Assembly (NCBI RefSeq): GCF_008000775.2
Contig: NZ_CP042905.2
Span: 3,450,001 to 3,482,000, forward strand
Length of the DNA stretch: 32,000 nucleotides
Reading direction: 5' to 3'
DNA from: Promethearchaeum syntrophicum
GTDB lineage: Archaea > Asgardarchaeota > Lokiarchaeia > Sigyniarchaeales > Promethearchaeaceae
Both the position numbers and the translations under genes were made by a program. The notes under the pieces were generated by a model. That model was not told the origin of the DNA, did not search any database, and worked only from the letters and a program-made list of their open reading frames with translations. Each line of letters starts with the position of its first letter. Position 1 is the first letter of the stretch. Positions 18,655-27,628 of the stretch are shown here, one piece after another.

Positions 18655-19515
18655 CTAATCTTTAAGCAATACATTTAACTCAGCTTGGGAGAATACGGGA
18701 CCATCAATACACACAAATTTACTTCCTATATTGCACCTTCCACATTTTCCAATACCGCATTTCATCCTCATTTCAAGTGAGAGAAAAACTTGTTCATCAA
18801 CAAATCCTAATTCGTGGAGAACTGGAGATGTGTACTTAATCATGACTGGTGGACCACACACAAATGCCATAGCATTTTTCGGACTAGGAGCAACTTCTTT
18901 TGTAATTGTTGGAACAAACCCTACCAACTTTTTCCAATCTGGATGTTCGCGATCTATGGTTAAATGGAGATTAATATCATCTCTTTTTCCCCACTCTTCC
19001 AAATCTTCTTTATAGCAAAATTCTCCTGGATTGCGGCATCCATAGATTATAGTAATATCTCCAAATTTTGATCGATTATTTCCATGTAAAAGATATACAA
19101 TAAAAGAACGTAGAGTGGTAAAGGCAAACCCGCCACCAATTATTACTATATTTTTTCCTTCTGCTTCTTTGAGTGGCCAACCATTTCCAAAAGGTCCGCG
19201 AATACCAAGAGATTTCCCTTTTTTTGAATCATGAAGACGATTTGTTACTTTTCCAGTTTTCTTAATTGTAAAAAGTAAGTAATCTTCTTCTGTTGGTGAA
19301 CTTGCAATACCTATTGGAGATTCACCAATACCAAATTCTGTAATCTCTGCAAATTGTCCAGGTTTAAAATTTTCAAAGAATTTTTCTTTATCCGCAATTT
19401 CATTAAAAGTTAATTTAAAAGTTTTTAAATCGTTTACTTCGTTTTCTGAATCTATATCTTCTATTGTAACCAATGAAGGAATATAGGGATTATCAAGTTC
19501 GTGTTTATGATTCAT
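18655..19515 (-). CDS. flxA: FAD/NAD-binding oxidoreductase with C-terminal [2Fe-2S]-type Cys motif (FlxA / sulfhydrogenase HydG / AsrB-like)
   Basis: GIASSPTEEDYLLFTIKKTG flavin-binding region; MAFVCGPPVMIKYTSPVLHELGF NAD-binding; MRMKCGIGKCGRCNIGSKFVCIDGPVFSQAEL. Confidence 0.8.
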   Translation of the reverse strand: MNHKHELDNPYIPSLVTIEDIDSENEVNDLKTFKLTFNEIADKEKFFENFKPGQFAEITEFGIGESPIGIASSPTEEDYLLFTIKKTGKVTNRLHDSKKGKSLGIRGPFGNGWPLKEAEGKNIVIIGGGFAFTTLRSFIVYLLHGNNRSKFGDITIIYGCRNPGEFCYKEDLEEWGKRDDINLHLTIDREHPDWKKLVGFVPTITKEVAPSPKNAMAFVCGPPVMIKYTSPVLHELGFVDEQVFLSLEMRMKCGIGKCGRCNIGSKFVCIDGPVFSQAELNVLLKD

Positions 19516-19530
19516 GATTTTCTAACCACA

Positions 19531-20637
19531 TTATGCTTTTTCTGCTGTTTCAACTACCGTTTTAAGTGTTTCTCTGATGTCACGATTAGTAGGACACACT
19601 TTAATACAACGCCCGCAACCAACGCAACCCAGAATTTTATAATTTTTAAGATAATAATTAAATTTATGATAAATTCGCTGTCTTGTTCTTTCTCTACCTG
19701 AATTTCGAGGATTATGCCCAGATGCTTCAAGTGTAAAAATTGACGTTTGACAATTATCCCATATTCTGACCCGTGTTCCTTCATTTTTATCATATTTATC
19801 CTGCACATCAAAACAATGGCATGTAGGACAAATGTAACTGCAAGCGCCGCAAGAAAGACATTTACGACTTACGACTGACCATATATCACTCTCAAATAAA
19901 CCATCGAGATCCTTTTCAATGTTATCCAAATTAATATTAAATTGAATCTTATCACGCGATGATGATGCCCATTCTTCTTTTCTTTTAAGATCGGCTTGTT
20001 CTACATCGGGATACTCTTTTACATATTTATTAAAGATGCTTCCTTTTTCCGAGGTAATTTTAAAGATATATTTATCCCCCAGATCGAATAAAATCGCATC
20101 TAATCCTTCAGAAGAGAATGGGTCACCACCTACTGAAGTGCAAAAGCACGTACTCATAGGTTCGTTGCAGGCTAATCCAATTAATAGAGTTTTATTCCTT
20201 TTGTTGAAATAGTAAGGATCACTATATTTTCCTGATGAGAAAAAGGTATCGAGGATTTTATAACTTCGCGCATCACAACTTCTGATACCAAAAATTACTT
20301 GATCATCAATAATTTCTTCTTTCTCTTTTATCTTTATTTTATTATCTTCTTTTTCAAATGAATAAAGCACTTCGTTTTGTGGAAAGAGAAATTTTTTGGG
20401 AGAGATTCTTAAATTTTGATATTCGGGGAATTGATATTCTTCATTATCTAAGTCAAGATAACCAAATTCTACTTCATTTTCAGCCTTTTTTGGAACTATC
20501 ATCTTAAAATCTTTGTATATCCCCTTGATTAAGGAATCTAATTTATCTTTTGGAATAATCTTCTCAATTGTTTGCTGTTGATCTACCTGATTTTTTTGAT
20601 CATTTTGGTTTTTTTGCGTTTTTGCTTTTTTTACCAT
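19531..20637 (-). CDS. flxB: ferredoxin-type iron-sulfur subunit (FlxB / sulfhydrogenase HydB / AsrA-like)
   Basis: CLSCGACSYICPTCHCFDVQD and GCVGCGRCIKVCPTNRDIRETL; central VIFGIRSCDARSYKILDTFF typical of the HydB/AsrA family. Confidence 0.8.
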   Translation of the reverse strand: MVKKAKTQKNQNDQKNQVDQQQTIEKIIPKDKLDSLIKGIYKDFKMIVPKKAENEVEFGYLDLDNEEYQFPEYQNLRISPKKFLFPQNEVLYSFEKEDNKIKIKEKEEIIDDQVIFGIRSCDARSYKILDTFFSSGKYSDPYYFNKRNKTLLIGLACNEPMSTCFCTSVGGDPFSSEGLDAILFDLGDKYIFKITSEKGSIFNKYVKEYPDVEQADLKRKEEWASSSRDKIQFNINLDNIEKDLDGLFESDIWSVVSRKCLSCGACSYICPTCHCFDVQDKYDKNEGTRVRIWDNCQTSIFTLEASGHNPRNSGRERTRQRIYHKFNYYLKNYKILGCVGCGRCIKVCPTNRDIRETLKTVVETAEKA

Positions 20638-20654
20638 TTATATTCCCCCTTCTA

Positions 20655-21629
20655 TTATTCACTGATTATAAATTCTTGAGGATCATCCTTTTTATAGGAT
20701 CCCAATATAGAGGGATCGCCCAATTCAATTTTATCAGCATCCCATCTATCTTTTGCCATTTTTCTTAATTTTTTATATAATAAATGAATATCTATCCCCT
20801 CAGGGCAAGCTCGTGTACATGCCTCACAACCTGTACATCTTCCCGCCAAATGAATAGCCCGTGTCATATGAAAAAGCATTTTTTCTGAAAGATCGTTAGT
20901 TTTATCAAACCATTGTGGTTGATTTGAATCAATAAAACATGTTTTGCAATAACATAATGGGCAAGCATTCCTACACGCCATACATAAAGTGCATTTTTCT
21001 AACTCTTTTTTAAAGTACTCCCATCGTTCTTTTGGGGTTTTTTTCTCAAATTCGATTACATCAAGATATTCATCGAAATCTTCTTCTTTGATATTTTTAA
21101 ATTCGCTAGGAGCTTCAACCAAGTAATCATATTCTACAGGATTTTTATCTTTACAATAAACACATGAATCTGATAGAATATCTTGAAGTTTAATATTTTT
21201 TTCAAAATCAATACCTTTAAAGGTATAATCATTTTCATTTTTCTTAAACTCAGTAAATTCTTTACCACCAAATAATTTCGAGAGTTTATTCGAATCAATT
21301 ATGCCATGACCGCATGGAACCCCAATGATGACAATATCTTCGCGATTTATTTGTTTTTCATTTAATAATACAATTAAAGAACGAATCTCACAAGTTTTTA
21401 AAATTATCCCTATTTTCTTTCCATGAGGTTCATCATGTAGAAATTTGACTAAATTTAGATTACAATAGTCATTCCAAATTAACCTATCGATATCCTCTTC
21501 TTTCTCAATATAAAAAGGCATTGATTTTAACGGAAGAGTTCCTTCTTCAAACCCTAACACAAATTCAACTTTTTTTTCCGATATTAATGATCTTACGATT
21601 TCACTAAGTGATTTTCTAATTTCTTCCAT
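20655..21629 (-). CDS. flxC: 4Fe-4S dicluster / FrhB-like iron-sulfur subunit (FlxC-like)
   Basis: CTLCMACRNACPLCYCKTCF and RCTGCEACTRACPEGIDI; upstream TCEIRSLIVLLNEKQ...IIGVPCGHG. Preferred start MEEIRKSL at 21629, just after the mvhD stop; the track start is 21695. Confidence 0.72.
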   Translation of the reverse strand: MEEIRKSLSEIVRSLISEKKVEFVLGFEEGTLPLKSMPFYIEKEEDIDRLIWNDYCNLNLVKFLHDEPHGKKIGIILKTCEIRSLIVLLNEKQINREDIVIIGVPCGHGIIDSNKLSKLFGGKEFTEFKKNENDYTFKGIDFEKNIKLQDILSDSCVYCKDKNPVEYDYLVEAPSEFKNIKEEDFDEYLDVIEFEKKTPKERWEYFKKELEKCTLCMACRNACPLCYCKTCFIDSNQPQWFDKTNDLSEKMLFHMTRAIHLAGRCTGCEACTRACPEGIDIHLLYKKLRKMAKDRWDADKIELGDPSILGSYKKDDPQEFIISE

Positions 21630-21636
21630 ATTTTTA

Positions 21637-22125
21637 TCACTGATCTTCTTTAAATATTTTATTTGGTCCCAACTTTCGTGTTTTTTCAGTAACATCCCTT
21701 ATTACTTGCGCGAACGCTTCTCCTTCAGCTGCAGAAACCCACGAGAAATTTACTCGCCCCTTTTCAATCCCTATAAACTCTAATAAATCATTCAACACTG
21801 AGAATTTTCTTCGAGCATAATAATTTCCTGAAATATAATGACAATCTCCCGGATGACAGCCGGAAACAAGTACAGCATCAACCCCCACTTGTAAACTTTT
21901 TAGGACATGTAATGGGTTAATTCTTCCAGAGCATGGAACTCTAACGACTCGTACATTTGGGGGGTATTGAATTCGAGATACGCCTGCCAGATCTGCACCT
22001 GCATATGAACACCAATTGCAAAGAAACGCTATTATTTTGGGTTCCCAATTTTCATCCGTAACCTCTTGAGTTTCATCAGAAGTGTGCATAACTTGGATTT
22101 CTTCAATTTTATCTGTATCTACCAT
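21637..22125 (-). CDS. mvhD: MvhD-type hydrogenase/Hdr iron-sulfur subunit (FlxD), short version
   Basis: FLCNWCSYAGADLAGVSRIQYPPNVRVVRVPCSGRINPLHVLKSLQVGVDAVLVSGCHPGDCHYISGNYYARRK; start MVDTDKIEEI at 22125 preceded by an AAAGGTGA SD-like sequence (track start 22152). Confidence 0.9.
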   Translation of the reverse strand: MVDTDKIEEIQVMHTSDETQEVTDENWEPKIIAFLCNWCSYAGADLAGVSRIQYPPNVRVVRVPCSGRINPLHVLKSLQVGVDAVLVSGCHPGDCHYISGNYYARRKFSVLNDLLEFIGIEKGRVNFSWVSAAEGEAFAQVIRDVTEKTRKLGPNKIFKEDQ

Positions 22126-22138
22126 TGTAAATTCACCT

Positions 22139-25100
22139 TTATTTAAACTCATTAATAACTAAATATAATTCCTCATCTGTAAATCCGAGTAAATCGATAG
22201 CCGAACCCCTGCAACTCGAAACACAAGCACCACACCCTTTACATAATCCAGAATTAATTTCAACAACCATTTTTTCTTCATCCATTTTGATTGCACTATA
22301 GGCACAAGTCTCTATACATAACCCACAACCGCTGCATTTGGAAATATCAACATGGGCAACTATTCCTTCAGATTCAATTTCATCTTTGCTTAGATAGGTT
22401 GAAGCTCGAGATACTACCGCATTAGCTTGCATGATAGATTCATCAATCGATCGAGGAGAATGAGCAAGACCACATACAAAGACTCCGGCAGTTGCAAAAT
22501 CAACAGGTCTCAATTTAACATGAGCTTCTAAGAAAAATTTATCATCATTTAATGGAACTTTTAACATTGGAGCTAAAATTTCGTTAGATTCATATGGAGG
22601 ATGAATTCCTACACTCAACACTAACAGATCCAGATCAATATCTATCTTTCCAATGTTTGGGGAATCGAGATGAATAACTAGATTCTTCCCTTTTTTTTCT
22701 AATTCAGGAGGTAAATCTTGATCAAATCTAATAAACATAACTCCTTTACTTCTTGCTTCCCGATAATATTTCTCTTTAAGACCGTATGTTCTAATATCCC
22801 GAAATAGAACAATAATTTCTTTCTCCGGATAAAGATCTTTTAGCTTTATAGAGTTTTTAACGGCTTCTGCACAACAAACTCTGCTACAATAGGGATTTTC
22901 ATCATTTCTGGAGCCGATACATTGAATCATTACAATTTTATTGACTTTTTCATCGAGTTCATTCTCGAAAAGCATTTTTTCGAAATCTATTTGAGTAACA
23001 ACTCTTGGATCTTTGGTATACAAATATTCTGTTGGTTGGTATTGTTCACCACCAGTGGCAACTACAATGATTCCATGTTCAAGGGTATTTTCTTCACTTT
23101 CTTTATTTTCCATCGATTTTAATGTAGTTTCAAAATTTCCTACAAAACCTTCGATTGTATCAATTTCTGTGTCCAAAAAGATCTTAAGGTTCTCATTATT
23201 CTTCGCATTTTTAACGATATTAGATAAATATTCTTGTACATTATTACCTTCGATTGTAGCATATATATTTTTGGCATGTCCGCCCAATTCTGCGGTTTTT
23301 TCAACCAAATATGTCATAAAACCTTGTTCAGCAAAGCCTAAAGCTGCAGTTAATCCAGAAATTCCTCCACCAATAACTAGAACATTATGATTCATATCTA
23401 AAATGGTTCTTTGCAGAGGTTCTATTTTATTTGCTTTACTCACGGCCATTCGAACTAAATCTTTTGATTTTGCGGTTGCAGCAACAGGCTCATGCATATG
23501 AACCCAACTGCATTGATCTCGAATATTTGCCATTTCAAATAGATAAGGGTTTAATCCCGCTTCTCTTATCGTTTCTTGGAATAGTGGTTCATGGGTTCTC
23601 GGTGTGCATGATGCAACTATAACTCGGTTTAAATTATTCTCTTTTATGGATTCAACAATTTTGGTTTGCGTGTCTGCTGAGCAAGTGTAAAGGTTTCTCT
23701 CTGCATATTCTACATTCTCCAAAGTTTCCGCATATTTCACTACGTCTGGAACGTCTACATAACCGCCTATATTAACACCACAATGGCAAACAAAAACTCC
23801 GATTCGTGGAGGTTGTCCTTCGACATTGATCTCTGGAGGGTATTCTTTCTTAGTTACCAAAGAATTTCGTACTGAATGCAATAAAATATTTGCATGTGCT
23901 GCACTTGCGCTAGCTTGAATAACACTTTCAGGAATATCTTTTGGAGCTGCAAAGGCACCACATACAAAAATTCCTGGTTTTGAGGTTTTACTCGGTGTAA
24001 AAGTGTCGGTTTGGCAAAAATTGTATTCATTTAATTCAAAACCAAAAATCTTGCTTAATTTAATAGCGTCATCTGGAGGATTTAACCCTACGCTTAACAC
24101 AACCATATTATATTCTTCAGTAATCAAAGATCCGTTTTCAGATTCATATGATAAAATCAGGTTTTTATTATCCGGATTTTCTTCTATGGATGAAATCCGG
24201 CTCCGGATATATTTTATCCCATATTCATCTTGAGCGCGTATAATATATTTATCAAAATCTTTTCCATATGCCCTAATATCCATCGTAAAAATGGTGGGAT
24301 TTACTTGATGTTGATGTTCTTTGGCAATTACAGCCTCTTTGGCGGTATACATGCAACAAACTGAAGAACAATAAGGTTTAGCGTGATGGATGTCCCTTGA
24401 GCCAATACATTGAAGAAACGCTACTTTTTCGGGAATATCTCCATCAGAGGGTCGTAAGACCATTCCGGTATACGGTCCACTTGCACTTAAAATTCTTTCA
24501 AACTCAATACTCGATACAACATTTGGATATTTTCCATAACCATAAACTTGTAAAGGTGCAGGATCAAATTCATCAAAACCCGGAGCTAGAATAATAGCTC
24601 CTACATTAATAGTTATTTCTTCATCTTGTTGGAAATATTCAACTGCATGAGCCTTACAAACGGCTTCGCATATTCCACAACCGATACATTTATCTCTATT
24701 AATGGAAAAGACAAGAGGAACAGATTGAGGGTATTTAACAAATGCTGCACTATTAATAACCATATTTTCATTATAGATATCAATACCCTCTACAGGACAT
24801 TGTTGCCCACAAATACCACACCCTGTACATTTCTCACTATTTATGAATAATGCTTTTTTCAATATGTTTACGTTGAAATTTCCCGCTTCTCCATCAAGTT
24901 TAACTATATTCGCGTTGATTAAAAGTTCGATATTTGGATGTCTTCCCGCTTCTACGAGTTTAGGGGAAAGAATGCACATTGAACAATCATTTGTTGGAAA
25001 AGTTTTATCCAGCTGTGACATAACTCCTCCAATACCTGTAGTTTTTTCAGATACATATACTTTATAGCCTGAATCAGCTAAATCCAGAGCTGATTGAATT

Positions 25101-25147
25101 CCAGCAATACCGCCACCAATGACTAATACAGCACCAATCTTTTCCAT
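22139..25147 (-). CDS. hdrA: fused double HdrA (HdrA N-half-like module + canonical HdrA module)
   Basis: 1002 aa. N-terminal half: VLVIGGGIAGIQSALDL, PTNDCSMCILSPKL, KCTGCGICGQQCP, KCIGCGICEAVCK. C-terminal half: GVFVCHCGVNIGGYVDV, YTCSADTQ, VIVASCTPRTHEPLF, VLVIGGGISGLTAALG, KCSGCGLCIETCAYSAI, LCKGCGACVSSCRG. Confidence 0.92.
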   Translation of the reverse strand: MEKIGAVLVIGGGIAGIQSALDLADSGYKVYVSEKTTGIGGVMSQLDKTFPTNDCSMCILSPKLVEAGRHPNIELLINANIVKLDGEAGNFNVNILKKALFINSEKCTGCGICGQQCPVEGIDIYNENMVINSAAFVKYPQSVPLVFSINRDKCIGCGICEAVCKAHAVEYFQQDEEITINVGAIILAPGFDEFDPAPLQVYGYGKYPNVVSSIEFERILSASGPYTGMVLRPSDGDIPEKVAFLQCIGSRDIHHAKPYCSSVCCMYTAKEAVIAKEHQHQVNPTIFTMDIRAYGKDFDKYIIRAQDEYGIKYIRSRISSIEENPDNKNLILSYESENGSLITEEYNMVVLSVGLNPPDDAIKLSKIFGFELNEYNFCQTDTFTPSKTSKPGIFVCGAFAAPKDIPESVIQASASAAHANILLHSVRNSLVTKKEYPPEINVEGQPPRIGVFVCHCGVNIGGYVDVPDVVKYAETLENVEYAERNLYTCSADTQTKIVESIKENNLNRVIVASCTPRTHEPLFQETIREAGLNPYLFEMANIRDQCSWVHMHEPVAATAKSKDLVRMAVSKANKIEPLQRTILDMNHNVLVIGGGISGLTAALGFAEQGFMTYLVEKTAELGGHAKNIYATIEGNNVQEYLSNIVKNAKNNENLKIFLDTEIDTIEGFVGNFETTLKSMENKESEENTLEHGIIVVATGGEQYQPTEYLYTKDPRVVTQIDFEKMLFENELDEKVNKIVMIQCIGSRNDENPYCSRVCCAEAVKNSIKLKDLYPEKEIIVLFRDIRTYGLKEKYYREARSKGVMFIRFDQDLPPELEKKGKNLVIHLDSPNIGKIDIDLDLLVLSVGIHPPYESNEILAPMLKVPLNDDKFFLEAHVKLRPVDFATAGVFVCGLAHSPRSIDESIMQANAVVSRASTYLSKDEIESEGIVAHVDISKCSGCGLCIETCAYSAIKMDEEKMVVEINSGLCKGCGACVSSCRGSAIDLLGFTDEELYLVINEFK

Positions 25148-25158
25148 ACATTCTCACT

Positions 25159-25965
25159 TTACTTTTTTACCTTATATACAGGACTATAACCTTTAATTTC
25201 TGAGAGATCTATAAGCGATCTCTGTCGTAAAACTAATAATTGTTCAAAAATGATTTTATTATCAATCAGCATTTTCTTTGAAATTTCTTTAACAGACTTC
25301 GGAGATTCCTCTAAATGAAAATAGATTTGATTTCTGATATATTCTGCTTCTAAAGTCTCATTTAATAAGAGATCGAACTCGCTTTCATCAATAGTCTCTT
25401 TATAAACATTTTCATGTAAAGTGATACTCCTTTCTCTTCCCACTAACTTCCTAATCCTAGGTTCGTAAACAACTTGTTTTACAGCTTTCATTTTCAACTG
25501 TAATTCTTTTGAAGGATTAGATTTATTTGAAAGTGGAGAAGGACCAAGAGAACGAATTCTCTCAGTAAAATCCGATACGATTTTTGCAAAATACGTTCCT
25601 TCTGCAGCAGAAACCCAGTCTAGTGTTACTCTATCATCCATTTTAATGAATTTAAGCAGTTTATCGATCATCCGGTAATTAGCTTGAGCTTCATAATTAC
25701 CCTCACCATAATGACAATCGCCTAAATGACAGCCGAGGATTAAAACACCATCAACACCTTTGGATAAAGCATCCATTACAAAATCAGGGTCAATTCTTCC
25801 ACTACACATTACTCTTATAACCCTAACATTCGGAGGATATTGATTTCGACTAACACCCGCAAGATCCGCTCCTGCATAAGAGCACCAATTACATAAAAAA
25901 CCCAAAATTTTGGGCTCGAATACGGTTTTTGATTCACTTTTTGATTCGGTAATTAATTCATTCAA
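25159..25965 (-). CDS. mvhD: MvhD-type iron-sulfur subunit, long version with about 120-aa C-terminal extension
   Basis: FLCNWCSYAGADLAGVSRNQYPPNVRVIRVMCSGRIDPDFVMDALSKGVDGVLILGCHLGDCHYGEGNYEAQANYRM; TTG start with upstream GGAGGTT; C-terminal EESPKSVKEISKKMLIDNKIIFEQLLVLRQRSLIDLSEIKGYSPVYKV looks winged-helix-like. Confidence 0.9.
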   Translation of the reverse strand: MNELITESKSESKTVFEPKILGFLCNWCSYAGADLAGVSRNQYPPNVRVIRVMCSGRIDPDFVMDALSKGVDGVLILGCHLGDCHYGEGNYEAQANYRMIDKLLKFIKMDDRVTLDWVSAAEGTYFAKIVSDFTERIRSLGPSPLSNKSNPSKELQLKMKAVKQVVYEPRIRKLVGRERSITLHENVYKETIDESEFDLLLNETLEAEYIRNQIYFHLEESPKSVKEISKKMLIDNKIIFEQLLVLRQRSLIDLSEIKGYSPVYKVKK

Positions 25966-27628
25966 TCAAATCAACCTCCAGTAAAGCTGATATTTGGGAA
26001 TCTACTTGATCATCTGTATAATGTTTAATAACTATTGCGTGTTGTGGGCAAGTAGTTGAGCACACACCGCAACCTTTGCAAAGAACTGTTCTAACAATTA
26101 CATGATCTTCTTCATCTCTTGTAATTGCCTTGTACCCACACTTTTTAAAACAAACCTCACAACCAATGCATTTTTCCTGATCTATCCATGCAGTAGCTCC
26201 TTCAACAGTAAAAGAATCTTTAGAAATAATTCTGGTCACTCTTGAAGCTGCAGCATAACCTTGAGAAATAGATTCTGGCACATTAGCAGGCCATTTACAT
26301 GTTCCAGCAACGAAAATTCCATCATTTGAAAAATCTACAGGTCTCAATTTAACATGCGCTTCTAGGAAGAAACCAAATTCATCAAGCGGGACCTTAAGCA
26401 TTTTTGAGAGTTTTTCTGATTCCTCATGATAAGTTACCAGAGGTGTTGAGAGAACAACCAAATCACATTTTATTTCTATATCATCTTTTAAAGATTCATT
26501 ATAATAAATTACACTATCTTTAGTTACTTTCGGAGGGTTAGATTCAGTATATCGAGTAAATATTATTCCCATTTCTCTGGCTTCGCGATAAAAAGTCTCT
26601 TGATATGTTCCTGACGTATAAATATCTCTATTTAAGATGACAACTTCTGCATCAGGATTTTCTTTTTTAATAATTCGTGCATTTTTCATCGCAGTCATAC
26701 AGCAAATACTTGAACAATAGGGTCTTTCTTTATTTCTCGACCCCACACACTGAATCATTACAATTTTTTTATAATTAAAATGATTATTCTTAAATATTAG
26801 TTCCAATTCTTTTTGCGTGATTACTCTTTTACCATCATAATTAAATAATCCTTCAGGTTTTAAAACATCAGTTCCTGTTGCAACAATGATTGTTCCAACG
26901 CCAAATTTCAGCTCTTTTTTGTCCTTTAGAATTGTGATATCGAAATTACCAATATAACCATCAATATTTTTAATTGTTGAAGATGTGTGAACTTCAATAT
27001 TTGGATTAGTTAGAATTTCTTCTCTTATGGATAGCAATTTTTCAGATTCCATATCTCCTGGATATAATAGATAATGATATCTCAACTGGCCACCCAATTC
27101 TGTATCTTTTTCAACAATAATAACATGATAACCTTGGTTTGCCAATACTGTCGCTGCGCTCATTCCAGTTATTCCCCCTCCAATTATTAAAGTTGAAGGT
27201 TCAACATCAATCTGAAATTTCTCTAAGGGTTGTAATAATGCAGCTCGTGCAACACCCATACGAATTAAATCTCGGGCTTTTAAAGTGGCTTTTTTTTTAT
27301 TTTTTTGATGAACCCATGAACATTGTTCTCGAATATTAACAAATTCAAAAAAGTATGGATTTACACCCATTTCATTACAAATTCCTCTAAAGAGTGGCTC
27401 ATGTGTTCTTGGGGTGCAAGCGGCAACTATTACTCTATTTAGATTGTTATCCTTAATACCATTTTTAATTGCGAGTAAACCTGTTTCGGAACACGTGTAT
27501 AAATTTCTTTGTGTGAAAACTACATTGGGTAATGTCTTTGCATATTCTTCTACAGAAGCGACATCTATAAAACCGGCAATATTGGTTCCACAATGGCAAA
27601 TAAAAACCCCTAATCTAATTTCATCCAT
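25958..27628 (-). CDS. hdrA: HdrA, canonical C-half module as a separate ORF
   Basis: From ATG at 27628: MDEIRLGVFICHCGTNIAGFIDVASVEEYAKTLPNVVFTQRNLYTCSE...VIVAACTPRTHEPLFRG...LIIGGGITGMSAATVL...KCIGCEVCFKKCGYKAI...LCKGCGVCSTTCPQHAI. SD-like GGTGA upstream; track start is 27688. Confidence 0.93.
   Translation of the reverse strand: MDEIRLGVFICHCGTNIAGFIDVASVEEYAKTLPNVVFTQRNLYTCSETGLLAIKNGIKDNNLNRVIVAACTPRTHEPLFRGICNEMGVNPYFFEFVNIREQCSWVHQKNKKKATLKARDLIRMGVARAALLQPLEKFQIDVEPSTLIIGGGITGMSAATVLANQGYHVIIVEKDTELGGQLRYHYLLYPGDMESEKLLSIREEILTNPNIEVHTSSTIKNIDGYIGNFDITILKDKKELKFGVGTIIVATGTDVLKPEGLFNYDGKRVITQKELELIFKNNHFNYKKIVMIQCVGSRNKERPYCSSICCMTAMKNARIIKKENPDAEVVILNRDIYTSGTYQETFYREAREMGIIFTRYTESNPPKVTKDSVIYYNESLKDDIEIKCDLVVLSTPLVTYHEESEKLSKMLKVPLDEFGFFLEAHVKLRPVDFSNDGIFVAGTCKWPANVPESISQGYAAASRVTRIISKDSFTVEGATAWIDQEKCIGCEVCFKKCGYKAITRDEEDHVIVRTVLCKGCGVCSTTCPQHAIVIKHYTDDQVDSQISALLEVDLIE

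Noticed and set aside
19554-19811. 85-aa minus-strand ORF overlapping flxB in another frame
   Set aside because: Out-of-frame reading of the conserved ferredoxin-type gene; no independent support.
22922-25067. Several plus-strand ORFs (22922, 23013, 23431, 24003, 24397, 24626, 24843) inside the hdrA region
   Set aside because: All are antisense to the well-supported fused HdrA; compositions look like complement-strand artefacts.
21637-25965. Possible selenocysteine codons in mvhD/hdrA genes, as known in some archaea
   Set aside because: The expected Cys positions (CNWC, CSGR, GCHxGDCHY, CHCG, TCS) are encoded as Cys, and no ORF is interrupted by an in-frame TGA at these motifs.
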